64,000 bases of DNA from Balanoglossus misakiensis (lineage: Eukaryota; Animalia; Hemichordata), in contig CM082587.2 of NCBI GenBank assembly GCA_040954595.2, positions 11,103,403-11,167,402 of the forward strand, read 5' to 3'. The notes beneath the pieces were generated by a model. That model was not told the DNA's origin. It was given only the letters and a program-made list of their open reading frames with translations, and did not search any database. The position numbers and the translations under genes are program-made. The first letter of the stretch is position 1; each line of letters opens with the position of its first letter. This document shows positions 38,501-53,500 of the stretch, piece by piece.

Positions 38501-41500
38501 CTGAGACTGTTTGTACCAATGACGGGTAATACCGTTTATGAAGTGGTGACCTAAGACAGGCGACAGTCACGCTTCACTTACAAAAAGTGGAAAATATAAT
38601 AGCTACATTGGTAGGCTGAAAGCTTACTTCCTGAGACTGTTTGTGCCAATGACAGGTAAGACCGCTTATGAAGTGGGGACCTAAGACAGGCGACCGTCAG
38701 GCTTCACTTACAAAAAGTGGAAAATATAATAGCTACATTGGTAGGCTGAAAGCTTACTTCCTGAGACTGTTTGTGCCAATGACGGGTTAGACCGCTTATG
38801 AAGTGGTGACCTAAGACAGGCGACACTCAGGCTTCACTTACAAAAAGTGGAAAATATAATAGCTACATTGGTAGGCTGAAAGCTTACTTCCTGAGACTGT
38901 TTGTGCCAATGACGGGTAAGACCGCTTATGAAGTGGTGACCTAAGACAGGCGACACTCAGGCTTCACTTACAAAAAGTGGAAAATACAATAGCTACATTG
39001 GTAGGCTGAAAGCTTACTTCCTGAGACTGTTTGTGCCAATAACGGGTAAGACCTCTTATGAAGTGGTGACCTAAGACAGGCTACACTCAGGCTTCACTTA
39101 CAAAAAGTGGAATATATAAATGCTACATTGGTAGGCTGAAAGCTTACTTCCTGAGACTGTTTGTGCCAATGACGGGTAAGACCTCTTATGAAGTGGTGAC
39201 CTAAGACAGGCGACACTCAGGCTTCACTTACAAAAAGTGGAAAATATAATAGCTACATTGGTAGGCTGAAAGCTTACTTCCTGAGACTGTTTGTGCCAAT
39301 GACGGGTAAGACCGCTTATGAAGTGGTGACCTAAGACAGGCGACACTCAGGCTTCACTTACAAAAAGTGGAAAATATAATAGCTACATTGGTAGGCTGAA
39401 AGCTTACTTCCTGAGACTGTTTGTGCCCAGGACGGGTAAGACCGCTTATGAAGTGGTGACCTAAGACAGGCGACACTCAGGCTTCACTTACAAAAAGTGG
39501 AAAATATAATAGCTACATTGGTAGGCTGAAAGCTTACTTCCTGAGACTGTTTGTGCCAATAACGGGTAAGACCTCTTATGAAGTGGTGACCTAAGACAGG
39601 CGACACACAGGCTTCACTTACAAAAAGTGGAAAATATAAATGCTACATTGGTAGGCTGAAAGCTTACTTCCTGAGACTGTTTGTGCCAATGACGGGTAAG
39701 ACCGTTTATGAAGTGGTGACCTAAGACAGGCGACACTCAGGCTTCACTTACAAAAAGTGGAAAATATAATAGCTACATTGGTAGGCTGAAAGCTTACTTC
39801 CTGAGTCTGTTTGTGCCAATGATGGGTAAGACCTCTCATGAAGTGGTGCCCTAAGACAGGCGACACTCAGGCTTCACTTACAAAAAGTGGAAAATATAAT
39901 AGCTACATTGGTAGGCTGAAAGCTTACTTCCTGAGACTGTTTGTGCCAATGACGGGTAAGACCGCTTATGAAGTGGTGACTTAAGACAGGCGACAGTCAG
40001 GCTTCACTTACAAAAAGTGGAAAATATAATAGCTACATTGGTAGGCTGAAAGCTTACTTCCTGAGACTGTTTGTGCCAATGACGGGTATGACCTCTTATG
40101 AAGTGGTGACCTAAGACAGGCGACACTCAGGCTTCACTTACAAAAAGTGGAAAATATAATAGCTACATTGGTAGGCTGAAAGCTTACTTCCTGAGACTGT
40201 TTGTACCAATGACGGGTAAGACCGTTTATGAAGTGGTGACCTAAGACAGGCGACAGTCACGCTTCACTTACAAAAAGTGGAAAATATAATAGCTACATTG
40301 GTAGGCTGAAAGCTTACTTCCTGAGACTGTTTGTGCCCAGGACGGGTAAGACCGCTTATGAAGTAGTGACCTAAGACAGGCGACACTCAGGCTTCACTTA
40401 CAAAAAGTGGAAAATATAATAGCTACATTGGTAGGCTGAAAGCTTACTTCCTGAGACTGTTTGTGCCAATAACGGGTAAGACCTCTTATGAAGTGGTGAC
40501 CTAAGACAGGCGACACTCAGGCTTCACTTACAAAAAGTGGAAAATATAAATGCTACATTGGTAGGCTGAAAGCTTACTTCCTGAGACTGTTTGTGCCAAT
40601 GACGGGTAAGACCTCTTATGAAGTGGTGACCTAAGACAGGCGACACTCAGGCTTCACTTACAAAAAGTGGAAAATATAATAGCTACATTGGTAGGCTGAA
40701 AGCTTACTTCCTGAGACTGTTTGTGCCAATGACGGGTAAGACCGCTTATGAAGTGGTGACCTAAGACAGGCGACACTCAGCTTCACTTACAAAAAGTGGA
40801 AAATATAATAGCTACATTGGTAGGCTGAAAGCTTACTTCCTGAGACTGTTTGTGCCAATGACGGGTAAGACCGCTTATGAAGTGGTGACCTAAGACAGGC
40901 GACACTCAGCTTCACTTACAAAAAGTGGAAAATAGCTACATTGGTAGGCTGAAAGCTTACTTCCTGAGACTGTTTGTGCCAATGACGGGTAAGACCGCTT
41001 ATGAATTGGTGACCTAAGACAGGCGACACTCAGGCGTCACTTACAAAAAGTGGAAAATATAATAGCTACATTGGTTGGCTGAAAGCTTACTTCCTGAGAC
41101 TGTTTGTGCCAATGACGGGTAAGACATCTTATGAAGTGGTGACCTAAGACAGGCGACACTCAGGCTTCACTTACAAAAAGTGGAAACTATAATAGCTACA
41201 TTGGTAGGCTGAAAGCTTACTTCCTGAGACTGTTTGTGCCAATGACGGGTAAGACCGCTTATGAAGTGGGGACCTAAGACAGGCGACAGTCAGGCTTCAC
41301 TTACAAAAAGTGGAAAATATAATAGCTAAATTGGTAGGCTGAAAGATTACTTCCTGAGACTGTTTGTGCCAATGACGGGTAAGACCGCTTATGAAGTGGT
41401 GACCTAAGACAGGCGACACTCAGGCTTCACTTACAAAAAGTGGAAAATATAATAGCTACATTGGTAGGCTGAAAGATTACTTCCTGAGACTGTTTGTGCC

Positions 41501-44500
41501 AATGACGGGTAAGACCGCGCTTATGAAGTGGTGACCTAAGACAGGTGACACTCAGGCTTCACTTACAAAAAGTGTAAAATATAATAGCTACATTGGTAGG
41601 CTGAAAGCTTACTTCCTGAGACTGTTTGTGCCAATGACGGGTAAGACCGTTTATGAAGTGGTGATCTAAGACAGGCGACAGTCAGGCTTCACTTACAAAA
41701 CGTGGAAAATATAATAGCTACATTGGTAGGCTGAAAGCTTACTTCCTGAGACTGTTTGTGCCCAGGACGGGTAAGACCGCTTATGAAGTGGTGACCTAAG
41801 ACAGGCGACACTCAGGCTTCACTTACAAAAAGTGGAAAATATAATAGCTACATTGGTAGGCTGAAAGCTTACTTCCTGAGACTGTTTGTGCCAATAACGG
41901 GTAAGACCTCTTATGAAGTGGTGACCTAAGACAGGCGACACACAGGCTTCACTTACAAAAAGTGGAAAATATAAATGCTACATTGGTAGGCTGAAAGCTT
42001 ACTTCCTGAGACTGTTTGTGCCAATGACGGGTAAGACCTCTTATGAAGTGGTGACCTAAGACAGGCGACACTCAGGCTTCACTTATAAAAAGTGGAAAAT
42101 ATAATAGCTACATTGGTAGGCTGAAAGCTTACTTCCTGAGACTGTTTGTGCCAATGACGGGTAAGACCGCTTATGAAGTGGTGACCTAAGACAGGCGACA
42201 CGCAGGCTTCACTTACAAAAAGTGGAAAATATAATAGCTACATTGGTAGGCTGAAAGCTTACTTCCTGAGACTGTTTGTGCCCAGGACGGGTAAGACCGC
42301 TTATGAAGTGGTGACCTAAGACAGGCGACACTCAGGCTTCACTTACAAAAAGTGGAAAATATAATAGCTACATTGGTAGGCTGAAAGCTTACTTCCTGAG
42401 ACTGTTTGTGCCAATAACGGGTAAGACCTCTTATGAAGTGGTGACCTAAGACAGGCGACACTCAGGCTTCACTTACAAAAAGTGGAAAATATAAATGCTA
42501 CATTGGTAGGCTGAAAGCTTACTTCCTGAGACTGTTTGTGCCAATGACGGGTATGACCGTTTATGAAGTGGTGACCTAAGACAGGCGACACTCAGGCTTC
42601 ACTTACAAAAAGTGGAAAATATAATAGCTACATTGGTAGGCTGAAAGCTTACTTCCTGAGACTGTTTGTGCCAATGATGGGTAAGACCTCTCATGAAGTG
42701 GTGACCTAAGACAGGCGACACTCAGGCTTCACTTACAAAAAGTGGAAAATATAATAGCTACATTGGTAGGCTGAAAGCTTACTTCCTGAGACTGTTTGTG
42801 CCAATGACGGGTAAGACCGCTTATGAAGTGGTGACCTAAGACAGGCGACAGTCAGGCTTCACTTACAAAAAGTGGAAAATATAATAGCTACATTGGTAGG
42901 CTGAAAGCTTACTTCCTGAGACTGTTTGTGCCAATGACGGGTATGACCTCTTATGAAGTGGTGACCTAAGACAGGCGACACTCAGGCTTCACTTACAAAA
43001 AGTGGAAAATATAATAGCTACATTGGTAGGCTGAAAGCTTACTTCCTGAGACTGTTTGTACCAATGACGGGTAAGACCGTTTATGAAGTGGTGACCTAAG
43101 ACAGGCGACAGTCACGCTTCACTTACAAAAAGTGGAAAATATAATAGCTACATTGGTAGGCTGAAAGCTTACTTCCTGAGACTGTTTGTGCCCAGGACGG
43201 GTAAGACCGCTTATGAAGTGGTGACCTAAGACAGGCGACACTCAGGCTTCACTTACAAAAAGTGGAAAATATAATAGCTACATTGGTAGGCTGAAAGCTT
43301 ACTTCCTGAGACTGTTTGTGCCAATAACGGGTAAGACCTCTTATGAAGTGGTGACCTAAGACAGGCGACACTCAGGCTTCACTTACAAAAAGTGGAAAAT
43401 ATAAATGCTACATTGGTAGGCTGAAAGCTTACTTCCTGAGACTGTTTGTGCCAATGACGGGTAAGACCTCTTATGAAGTGGTGACCTAAGACAGGCGACA
43501 CTCAGGCTTCACTTACAAAAAGTGGAAAATATAATAGCTACATTGGTAGGCTGAAAGCTAACTTCCTGAGACTGTTTGTGCCAATGACGGGTAAGACCTC
43601 TCATGAAGTGGTGACCTAAGACAGGCGACACTCAGGCTTCACTTACAAAAAGTGGAAAATATAATAGCTACATTGGTAGGCTGAAAGCTTACTTCCTGAG
43701 ACTGTTTGTGCCAATGACGGGTAAGACCGCTTATGAAGTGGTGACCTAAGACAGGCGACAGTCAGGCTTCACTTACAAAAAGTGGAAAATATAATAGCTA
43801 CATTGGTAGGCTGAAAGCTTACTTCCTGAGACTGTTTGTGCCAATGACGGGTATGACCTCTTATGAAGTGGTGACCTAAGACAGGCGACACTCAGGCTTC
43901 ACTTACAAAAAGTGGAAAATATAATAGCTACATTGGTAGGCTGAAAGCTTACTTCCTGAGACTGTTTGTACCAATGACGGGTAAGACCGTTTATGAAGTG
44001 GTGACCTAAGACAGGCGACAGTCACGCTTCACTTACAAAAAGTGGAAAATATAATAGCTACATTGGTAGGCTGAAAGCTTACTTCCTGAGACTGTTTGTG
44101 CCCCGGACGGGTAAGACCGCTTATGAAGTGGTGACCTAAGACAGGCGACACTCAGGCTTCACTTACAAAAAGTGGAAAATATAATAGCTACATTGGTAGG
44201 CTGAAAGCTTACTTCCTGAGACTGTTTGTGCCAATAACGGGTAAGACCTCTTATGAAGTGGTGACCTAAGACAGGCGACACTCAGGCTTCACTTACAAAA
44301 AGTGGAAAATATAAATGCTACATTGGTAGGCTGAAAGCTTACTTCCTGAGACTGTTTGTGCCAATGACGGGTAAGACCTCTTATGAAGTGGTGACCTAAG
44401 ACAGGCGACACTCAGGCTTCACTTACAAAAAGTGGAAAATATAATAGCTACATTGGTAGGCTGAAAGCTAACTTCCTGAGACTGTTTGTGCCAATGACGG

Positions 44501-47500
44501 GTAAGACCGCTTATGAAGTGGTGACCTAAGACAGGCGACAGCCAGGCTTCACTTACAAAAAGTTGAAAATATAATAGCTACATTGGTAGGCTGAAAGCTT
44601 ACTTCCTGAGACTGTTTGTGCCAATGACGGGTAAGACCGCTTATGAAATGTTGACCTAAGAAAGGCGACAGTCAGGCTTCACTTACAAAAAGTGGAAAAT
44701 ATAATAGCTACATTGGTAGGCTGAAAGCTTACTTCCTGAGACTGTTTGTGGCAATGACGGGTAAGACCTCTTATGAAGTGGTGACCTAAGACAGGCGACA
44801 CTCAGGCTTCACTTACAAAAAGTGGAAAATATAATAGCTACATTGGTAGGCTGAAAGCTTACTTCCTGAGACTGTTTGTGCCAATGACGGGTAAGACCGT
44901 TTATGAAGTGGTGACCTAAGACAGGCGACACTCAGGCTTCACTTACAAAAAGTGGAAAATATAATAGCTACATTGGTAGGCTGAAAGCTTACTTCCTGAG
45001 ACTGTTTGTGCCAATGACGGGTAAGACCTCTTATGAAGTGGTGACCTAAGACAGGCGACACTCAGGCTTCACTTACAAAAAGTGGAAAATATAATAGCTA
45101 CATTGGTAGGCTGAAAGCTTACTTCCTGAGACTGTTTGTGCCAATGACGGGTAAGTCCGCTTATGAAGTGGTGACCTAAGACAGGCGACACGCAGGCTTC
45201 ACTTACAAAAAGTGGAAAATATAATAGCTACATTGGTAGGCTGAAAGCTTACTTCCTGAGACTGTTTGTGCCAATGAAGGGTAAGACCGCTTATGAAGTG
45301 GTGACCTAAGACAGGCGACACTCAGGCTTCACTTACAAAAAGTGGAAAATACAATAGCTACATTGGTAGGCTGAAAGCTTACTTCCTGAGACTGTTTGTG
45401 CCAATGACGGGTAAGACCTCTTATGAAGTGGTGACCTAAGACAGGCGACACTCAGGCTTCACTTACAAAAAGTGGAAAATATAATAGCTACATTGGTAGG
45501 CTGAAAGCTTACTTCCTGAGACTGTTTGTGCCAATGACGGGTAAGACCGCTTATGAAGTGGTGACCTAAGACAGGCGACACGCAGGCTTCACTTACAAAA
45601 AGTGGAAAATATAATAGCTACATTGGTAGGCTGAAAGCTTACTTCCTGAGACTGTTTGTGCCCAGGACGGGTAAGACCGCTTATGAAGTGGTGACCTAAG
45701 ACAGGCGACACTCAGGCTTCACTTACAAAAAGTGGAAAATATAATAGCTACATTGGTAGGCTGAAAGCTTACTTCCTGAGACTGTTTGTGCCAATAACGG
45801 GTAAGACCTCTTATGAAGTGGTGACCTAAGACAGGCGACACTCAGGCTTCACTTACAAAAAGTGGAAAATATAAATGCTACATTGGTAGGCTGAAAGCTT
45901 ACTTCCTGAGACTGTTTGTGCCAATGACGGGTATGACCGTTTATGAAGTGGTGACCTAAGACAGGCGACACTCAGGCTTCACTTACAAAAAGTGGAAAAT
46001 ATAATAGCTACATTGGTAGGCTGAAAGCTTACTTCCTGAGACTGTTTGTGCCAATGATGGGTAAGACCTCTCATGAAGTGGTGACCTAAGACAGGCGACA
46101 CTCAGGCTTCACTTACAAAAAGTGGAAAATATAATAGCTACATTGGTAGGCTGAAAGCTTACTTCCTGAGACTGTTTGTGCCAATGACGGGTAAGACCGC
46201 TTATGAAGTGGTGACCTAAGACAGGCGACAGTCAGGCTTCACTTACAAAAAGTGGAAAATATAATAGCTACATTGGTAGGCTGAAAGCTTACTTCATGAG
46301 ACTGTTTGTGCCAATGACGGGTATGACCTCTTATGAAGTGGTGACCTAAGACAGGCGACACTCAGGCTTCACTTACAAAAAGTGGAAAATATAATAGCTA
46401 CATTGGTAGGCTGAAAGCTTACTTCCTGAGACTGTTTGTACCAATGACGGGTAAGACCGTTTATGAAGTGGTGACCTAAGACAGGCGACAGTCACGCTTC
46501 ACTTACAAAAAGTGGAAAATATAATAGCTACATTGGTAGGCTGAAAGCTTACTTCCTGAGACTGTTTGTGCCCAGGACGGGTAAGACCGCTTATGAAGTG
46601 GTGACCTAAGACAGGCGACACTCAGGCTTCACTTACAAAAAGTGGAAAATATAATAGCTACATTGGTAGGCTGAAAGCTTACTTCCTGAGACTGTTTGTG
46701 CCAATAACGGGTAAGACCTCTTATGAAGTGGTGACCTAAGACAGGCGACACTCAGGCTTCACTTACAAAAAGTGGAAAATATAAATGCTTCATTGGTAGG
46801 CTGAAAGCTTACTTCCTGAGACTGTTTGTGCCAATGACGGGTAAGACCTCTTATGAAGTGGTGACCTAAGACAGGCGACACTCAGGCTTCACTTACAAAA
46901 AGTGGAAAATATAATAGCTACATTGGTAGGCTGAAAGCTTACTTCCTGAGACTGTTTGTGCCAATGACGGGTAAGACCGCTTATGAAGTGGTGACCTAAG
47001 ACCTGGCGACACTCAGCTTCACTTACAAGAAGTGGAAAATATAATAGCTACATTGGTAGGCTGAAAGCTTACTTCCTGAGACTGTTTGTGCCAATGACGG
47101 GTAAGACCGCTTATGAATTGGTGACCTAAGACAGGCCACAGTCAGGCTTCACTTACAAAAAGTGGAAAATATAATAGCTACATTGGTAGGCTGAAAGCTA
47201 ACTTCCTGAGACTGTTTGTGCCAATGACGGGTAAGACCGCTTATGAAGTGGTGACCTAAGACAGGCGACAGTCAGGCTTCACTTACAAAAAGTTGAAAAT
47301 ATAATAGCTACATTGGTAGGCTGAAAGCTTACTTCCTGAGACTGTTTGTGGCAATGACGGGTAAGACCTCTTATGAAGTGGTGACCTAAGACAGGCGACA
47401 CTCAGGCTTCACTTACAAAAAGTGGAAAATATAATAGCTACATTGGTAGGCTGAAAGCTTACTTCCTGAGACTGTGTGTGCCAATGACGGGTAAGACCGT

Positions 47501-50500
47501 TTATGAAGTGGTGACCTAAGACAGGCGACACTCAGGCTTCACTTACAAAAAGTGGAAAATATAATAGCTACATTGGTAGGCTGAAAGCTTACTTCCTGAG
47601 ACTGTTTGTGCCAATGACGGGTAAGACCTCTTATGAAGTGGTGACCTAAGACAGGCGACACTCAGGCTTCACTTACAAAAAGTGGAAAATATAATAGCTA
47701 CATTGGTAGGCTGAAAGCTTACTTCCTGAGACTGTTTGTGCCAATGACGGGTAAGTCCGCTTATGAAGTGGTGACCTAAGACAGGCGACAGTCAGGCTTC
47801 ACTTACAAAAAGTGGAAAATATAATAGCTACATTGGTAGGCTGAAAGCTTACTTCCTGAGACTGTTTGTGCCAATGACGGGTATGACCTCTTATGAAGTG
47901 GTGACCTAAGACAGGCGACACTCAGGCTTCACTTACAAAAAGTGGAAAATATAATAGCTACATTGGTAGGCTGAAAGCTTACTTCCTGAGACTGTTTGTA
48001 CCAATGACGGGTAATACCGTTTATGAAGTGGTGACCTAAGACAGGCGACAGTCACGCTTCACTTACAAAAAGTGGAAAATATAATAGCTACATTGGTAGG
48101 CTGAAAGCTTACTTCCTGAGACTGTTTGTGCCAATGACGGGTAAGACCGCTTATGAAGTGGGGACCTAAGACAGGCGACAGTCAGGCTTCACTTACAAAA
48201 AGTGGAAAATATAATAGCTACATTGGTAGGCTGAAAGCTTACTTCCTGAGACTGTTTGTGCCAATGACGGGTTAGACCGCTTATGAAGTGGTGACCTAAG
48301 ACAGGCGACACTCAGGCTTCACTTACAAAAAGTGGAAAATATAATAGCTACATTGGTAGGCTGAAAGCTTACTTCCTGAGACTGTTTGTGCCAATGACGG
48401 GTAAGACCGCTTATGAAGTGGTGACCTAAGACAGGCGACACTCAGGCTTCACTTACAAAAAGTGGAAAATACAATAGCTACATTGGTAGGCTGAAAGCTT
48501 ACTTCCTGAGACTGTTTGTGCCAATAACGGGTAAGACCTCTTATGAAGTGGTGACCTAAGACAGGCGACACTCAGGCTTCACTTACAAAAAGTGGAATAT
48601 ATAAATGCTACATTGGTAGGCTGAAAGCTTACTTCCTGAGACTGTTTGTGCCAATGACGGGTAAGACCTCTTATGAAGTGGTGACCTAAGACAGGCGACA
48701 CTCAGGCTTCACTTACAAAAAGTGGAAAATATAATAGCTACATTGGTAGGCTGAAAGCTTACTTCCTGAGACTGTTTGTGCCAATGACGGGTAAGACCGC
48801 TTATGAAGTGGTGACCTAAGACAGGCGACACTCAGGCTTCACTTACAAAAAGTGGAAAATATAATAGCTACATTGGTAGGCTGAAAGCTTACTTCCTGAG
48901 ACTGTTTGTACCAATGACGGGTAATACCGTTTATGAAGTGGTGACCTAAGACAGGCGACAGTCACGCTTCACTTACAAAAAGTGGAAAATATAATAGCTA
49001 CATTGGTAGGCTGAAAGCTTACTTCCTGAGACTGTTTGTGCCAATAACGGGTAAGACCTCTTATGAAGTGGTGACCTAAGACAGGCGACACTCAGGCTTC
49101 ACTTACAAAAAGTGGAAAATATAAATGCTACATTGGTAGGCTGAAAGCTAACTTCCTGAGACTGTTTGTGCCAATGACGGGTAAGACCGCTTATGAAGTG
49201 GTGACCTAAGACAGGCGACAGTCAGGCTTCACTTACAAAAAGTTGAAAATATAATAGCTACATTGGTAGGCTGAAAGCTTACTTCCTGAAACTGTTTGTG
49301 CCAATGACGGGTAAGACCGCTTATGAAATGGTGACCTAAGAAAGGCGACAGTCAGGCTTCACTTACAAAAAGTGGAAAATATAATAGCTACATTGGTAGG
49401 CTGAAAGCTTACTTCCTGAGACTGTTTGTGGCAATGACGGGTAAGACCTCTTATGAAGTGGTGACCTAAGACAGGCGACACTCAGGCTTCACTTACAAAA
49501 AGTGGAAAATATAATAGCTACATTGGTAGGCTGAAAGCTTACTTCCTGAGACTGTTTGTGCCAATGACGGGTAAGACCGTTTATGAAGTGGTGACCTAAG
49601 ACAGGCGACACTCAGGCTTCACTTACAAAAAGTGGAAAATATAATAGCTACATTGGTAGGCTGAAAGCTTACTTCCTGAGACTGTTTGTGCCAATGACGG
49701 GTAAGACCTTTTATGAAGTGGTGACCTAAGACAGGCGACACTCAGGCTTCACTTACAAAAAGTGGAAAATATAATAGCTACATTGGTAGGCTGAAAGCTT
49801 ACTTCCTGAGACTGTTTGTGCCAATGACGGGTAAGTCCGCTTATGAAGTGGTGACCTAAGACAGGCGACAGTCAGGCTTCACTTACAAAAAGTGGAAAAT
49901 ATAATAGCTACATTGGTAGGCTGAAAGCTTACTTCCTGAGACTGTTTGTGCCAATGACGGGTATGACCTCTTATGAAGTGGTGACCTAAGACAGGCGACA
50001 CTCAGGCTTCACTTACAAAAAGTGGAAAATATAATAGCTACATTGGTAGGCTGAAAGCTTACTTCCTGAGACTGTTTGTACCAATGACGGGTAATACCGT
50101 TTATGAAGTGGTGACCTAAGACAGGCGACAGTCACGCTTCACTTACAAAAAGTGGAAAATATAATAGCTACATTGGTAGGCTGAAAGCTTACTTCCTGAG
50201 ACTGTTTGTGCCAATGACAGGTAAGACCGCTTATGAAGTGGGGACCTAAGACAGGCGACCGTCAGGCTTCACTTACAAAAAGTGGAAAATATAATAGCTA
50301 CATTGGTAGGCTGAAAGCTTACTTCCTGAGACTGTTTGTGCCAATGACGGGTTAGACCGCTTATGAAGTGGTGACCTAAGACAGGCGACACTCAGGCTTC
50401 ACTTACAAAAAGTGGAAAATATAATAGCTACATTGGTAGGCTGAAAGCTTACTTCCTGAGACTGTTTGTGCCAATGACGGGTAAGACCGCTTATGAAGTG

Positions 50501-53500
50501 GTGACCTAAGACAGGCGACACTCAGGCTTCACTTACAAAAAGTGGAAAATACAATAGCTACATTGGTAGGCTGAAAGCTTACTTCCTGAGACTGTTTGTG
50601 CCAATAACGGGTAAGACCTCTTATGAAGTGGTGACCTAAGACAGGCTACACTCAGGCTTCACTTACAAAAAGTGGAATATATAAATGCTACATTGGTAGG
50701 CTGAAAGCTTACTTCCTGAGACTGTTTGTGCCAATGACGGGTAAGACCTCTTATGAAGTGGTGACCTAAGACAGGCGACACTCAGGCTTCACTTACAAAA
50801 AGTGGAAAATATAATAGCTACATTGGTAGGCTGAAAGCTTACTTCCTGAGACTGTTTGTGCCAATGACGGGTAAGACCGCTTATGAAGTGGTGACCTAAG
50901 ACAGGCGACACTCAGGCTTCATTTACAAAAAGTGGAAAATATAATAGCTACATTGGTAGGCTGAAAGCTTACTTCCTGAGACTGTTTGTGCCAATGACGG
51001 GTAAGACCGCTTATGAAGTGGTGACTTAAGACAGGCGACAGTCAGGCTTCACTTACAAAAAGTGGAAAATATAATAGCTACATTGGTAGGCTGAAAGCTT
51101 ACTTCCTGAGACTGTTTGTGCCAATGACGGGTATGACCTCTTATGAAGTGGTGACCTAAGACAGGCGACACTCAGGCTTCACTTACAAAAAGTGGAAAAT
51201 ATAATAGCTACATTGGTAGGCTGAAAGCTTACTTCCTGAGACTGTTTGTACCAATGACGGGTAAGACCGTTTATGAAGTGGTGACCTAAGACAGGCGACA
51301 GTCACGCTTCACTTACAAAAAGTGGAAAATATAATAGCTACATTGGTAGGCTGAAAGCTTACTTCCTGAGACTGTTTGTGCCCAGGACGGGTAAGACCGC
51401 TTATGAAGTAGTGACCTAAGACAGGCGACACTCAGGCTTCACTTACAAAAAGTGGAAAATATAATAGCTACATTGGTAGGCTGAAAGCTTACTTCCTGAG
51501 ACTGTTTGTGCCAATAACGGGTAAGACCTCTTATGAAGTGGTGACCTAAGACAGGCGACACTCAGGCTTCACTTACAAAAAGTGGAAAATATAAATGCTA
51601 CATTGGTAGGCTGAAAGCTTACTTCCTGAGACTGTTTGTGCCAATGACGGGTAAGACCTCTTATGAAGTGGTGACCTAAGACAGGCGACACTCAGGCTTC
51701 ACTTACAAAAAGTGGAAAATATAATAGCTACATTGGTAGGCTGAAAGCTTACTTCCTGAGACTGTTTGTGCCAATGACGGGTAAGACCGCTTATGAAGTG
51801 GTGACCTAAGACAGGCGACACTCAGCTTCACTTACAAAAAGTGGAAAATATAATAGCTACATTGGTAGGCTGAAAGCTTACTTCCTGAGACTGTTTGTGC
51901 CAATGACGGGTAAGACCGCTTATGAAGTGGTGACCTAAGACAGGCGACACTCAGCTTCACTTACAAAAAGTGGAAAATAGCTACATTGGTAGGCTGAAAG
52001 CTTACTTCCTGAGACTGTTTGTGCCAATGACGGGTAAGACCGCTTATGAATTGGTGACCTAAGACAGGCGACACTCAGGCGTCACTTACAAAAAGTGGAA
52101 AATATAATAGCTACATTGGTTGGCTGAAAGCTTACTTCCTGAGACTGTTTGTGCCAATGACGGGTAAGACATCTTATGAAGTGGTGACCTAAGACAGGCG
52201 ACACTCAGGCTTCACTTACAAAAAGTGGAAACTATAATAGCTACATTGGTAGGCTGAAAGCTTACTTCCTGAGACTGTTTGTGCCAATGACGGGTAAGAC
52301 CGCTTATGAAGTGGGGACCTAAGACAGGCGACAGTCAGGCTTCACTTACAAAAAGTGGAAAATATAATAGCTAAATTGGTAGGCTGAAAGATTACTTCCT
52401 GAGACTGTTTGTGCCAATGACGGGTAAGACCGCTTATGAAGTGGTGACCTAAGACAGGCGACACTCAGGCTTCACTTACAAAAAGTGGAAAATATAATAG
52501 CTACATTGGTAGGCTGAAAGATTACTTCCTGAGACTGTTTGTGCCAATGACGGGTAAGACCGCGCTTATGAAGTGGTGACCTAAGACAGGTGACACTCAG
52601 GCTTCACTTACAAAAAGTGTAAAATATAATAGCTACATTGGTAGGCTGAAAGCTTACTTCCTGAGACTGTTTGTGCCAATGACGGGTAAGACCGTTTATG
52701 AAGTGGTGATCTAAGACAGGCGACAGTCAGGCTTCACTTACAAAAAGTGGAAAATATGATAGCTACATTGGTAGGCTGAAAGCTTACTTCCTGAGACTGT
52801 TTGTGCCCAGGACGGGTAAGACCGCTTATGAAGTGGTGACCTAAGACAGGCGACACTCAGGCTTCACTTACAAAAAGTGGAAAATATAATAGCTACATTG
52901 GTAGGCTGAAAGCTTACTTCCTGAGACTGTTTGTGCCAATAACGGGTAAGACCTCTTATGAAGTGGTGACCTAAGACAGGCGACACACAGGCTTCACTTA
53001 CAAAAAGTGGAAAATATAAATGCTACATTGGTAGGCTGAAAGCTTACTTCCTGAGACTGTTTGTGCCAATGACGGGTAAGACCGTTTATGAAGTGGTGAC
53101 CTAAGACAGGCGACACTCAGGCTTCACTTACAAAAAGTGGAAAATATAATAGCTACATTGGTAGGCTGAAAGCTTACTTCCTGAGTCTGTTTGTGCCAAT
53201 GATGGGTAAGACCTCTCATGAAGTGGTGCCCTAAGACAGGCGACACTCAGGCTTCACTTACAAAAAGTGGAAAATATAATAGCTACATTGGTAGGCTGAA
53301 AGCTTACTTCCTGAGACTGTTTGTGCCCAGGACGGGTAAGACCGCTTATGAAGTAGTGACCTAAGACAGGCGACACTCAGGCTTCACTTACAAAAAGTGG
53401 AAAATATAATAGCTACATTGGTAGGCTGAAAGCTTACTTCCTGAGACTGTTTGTGCCAATAACGGGTAAGACCTCTTATGAAGTGGTGACCTAAGACAGG

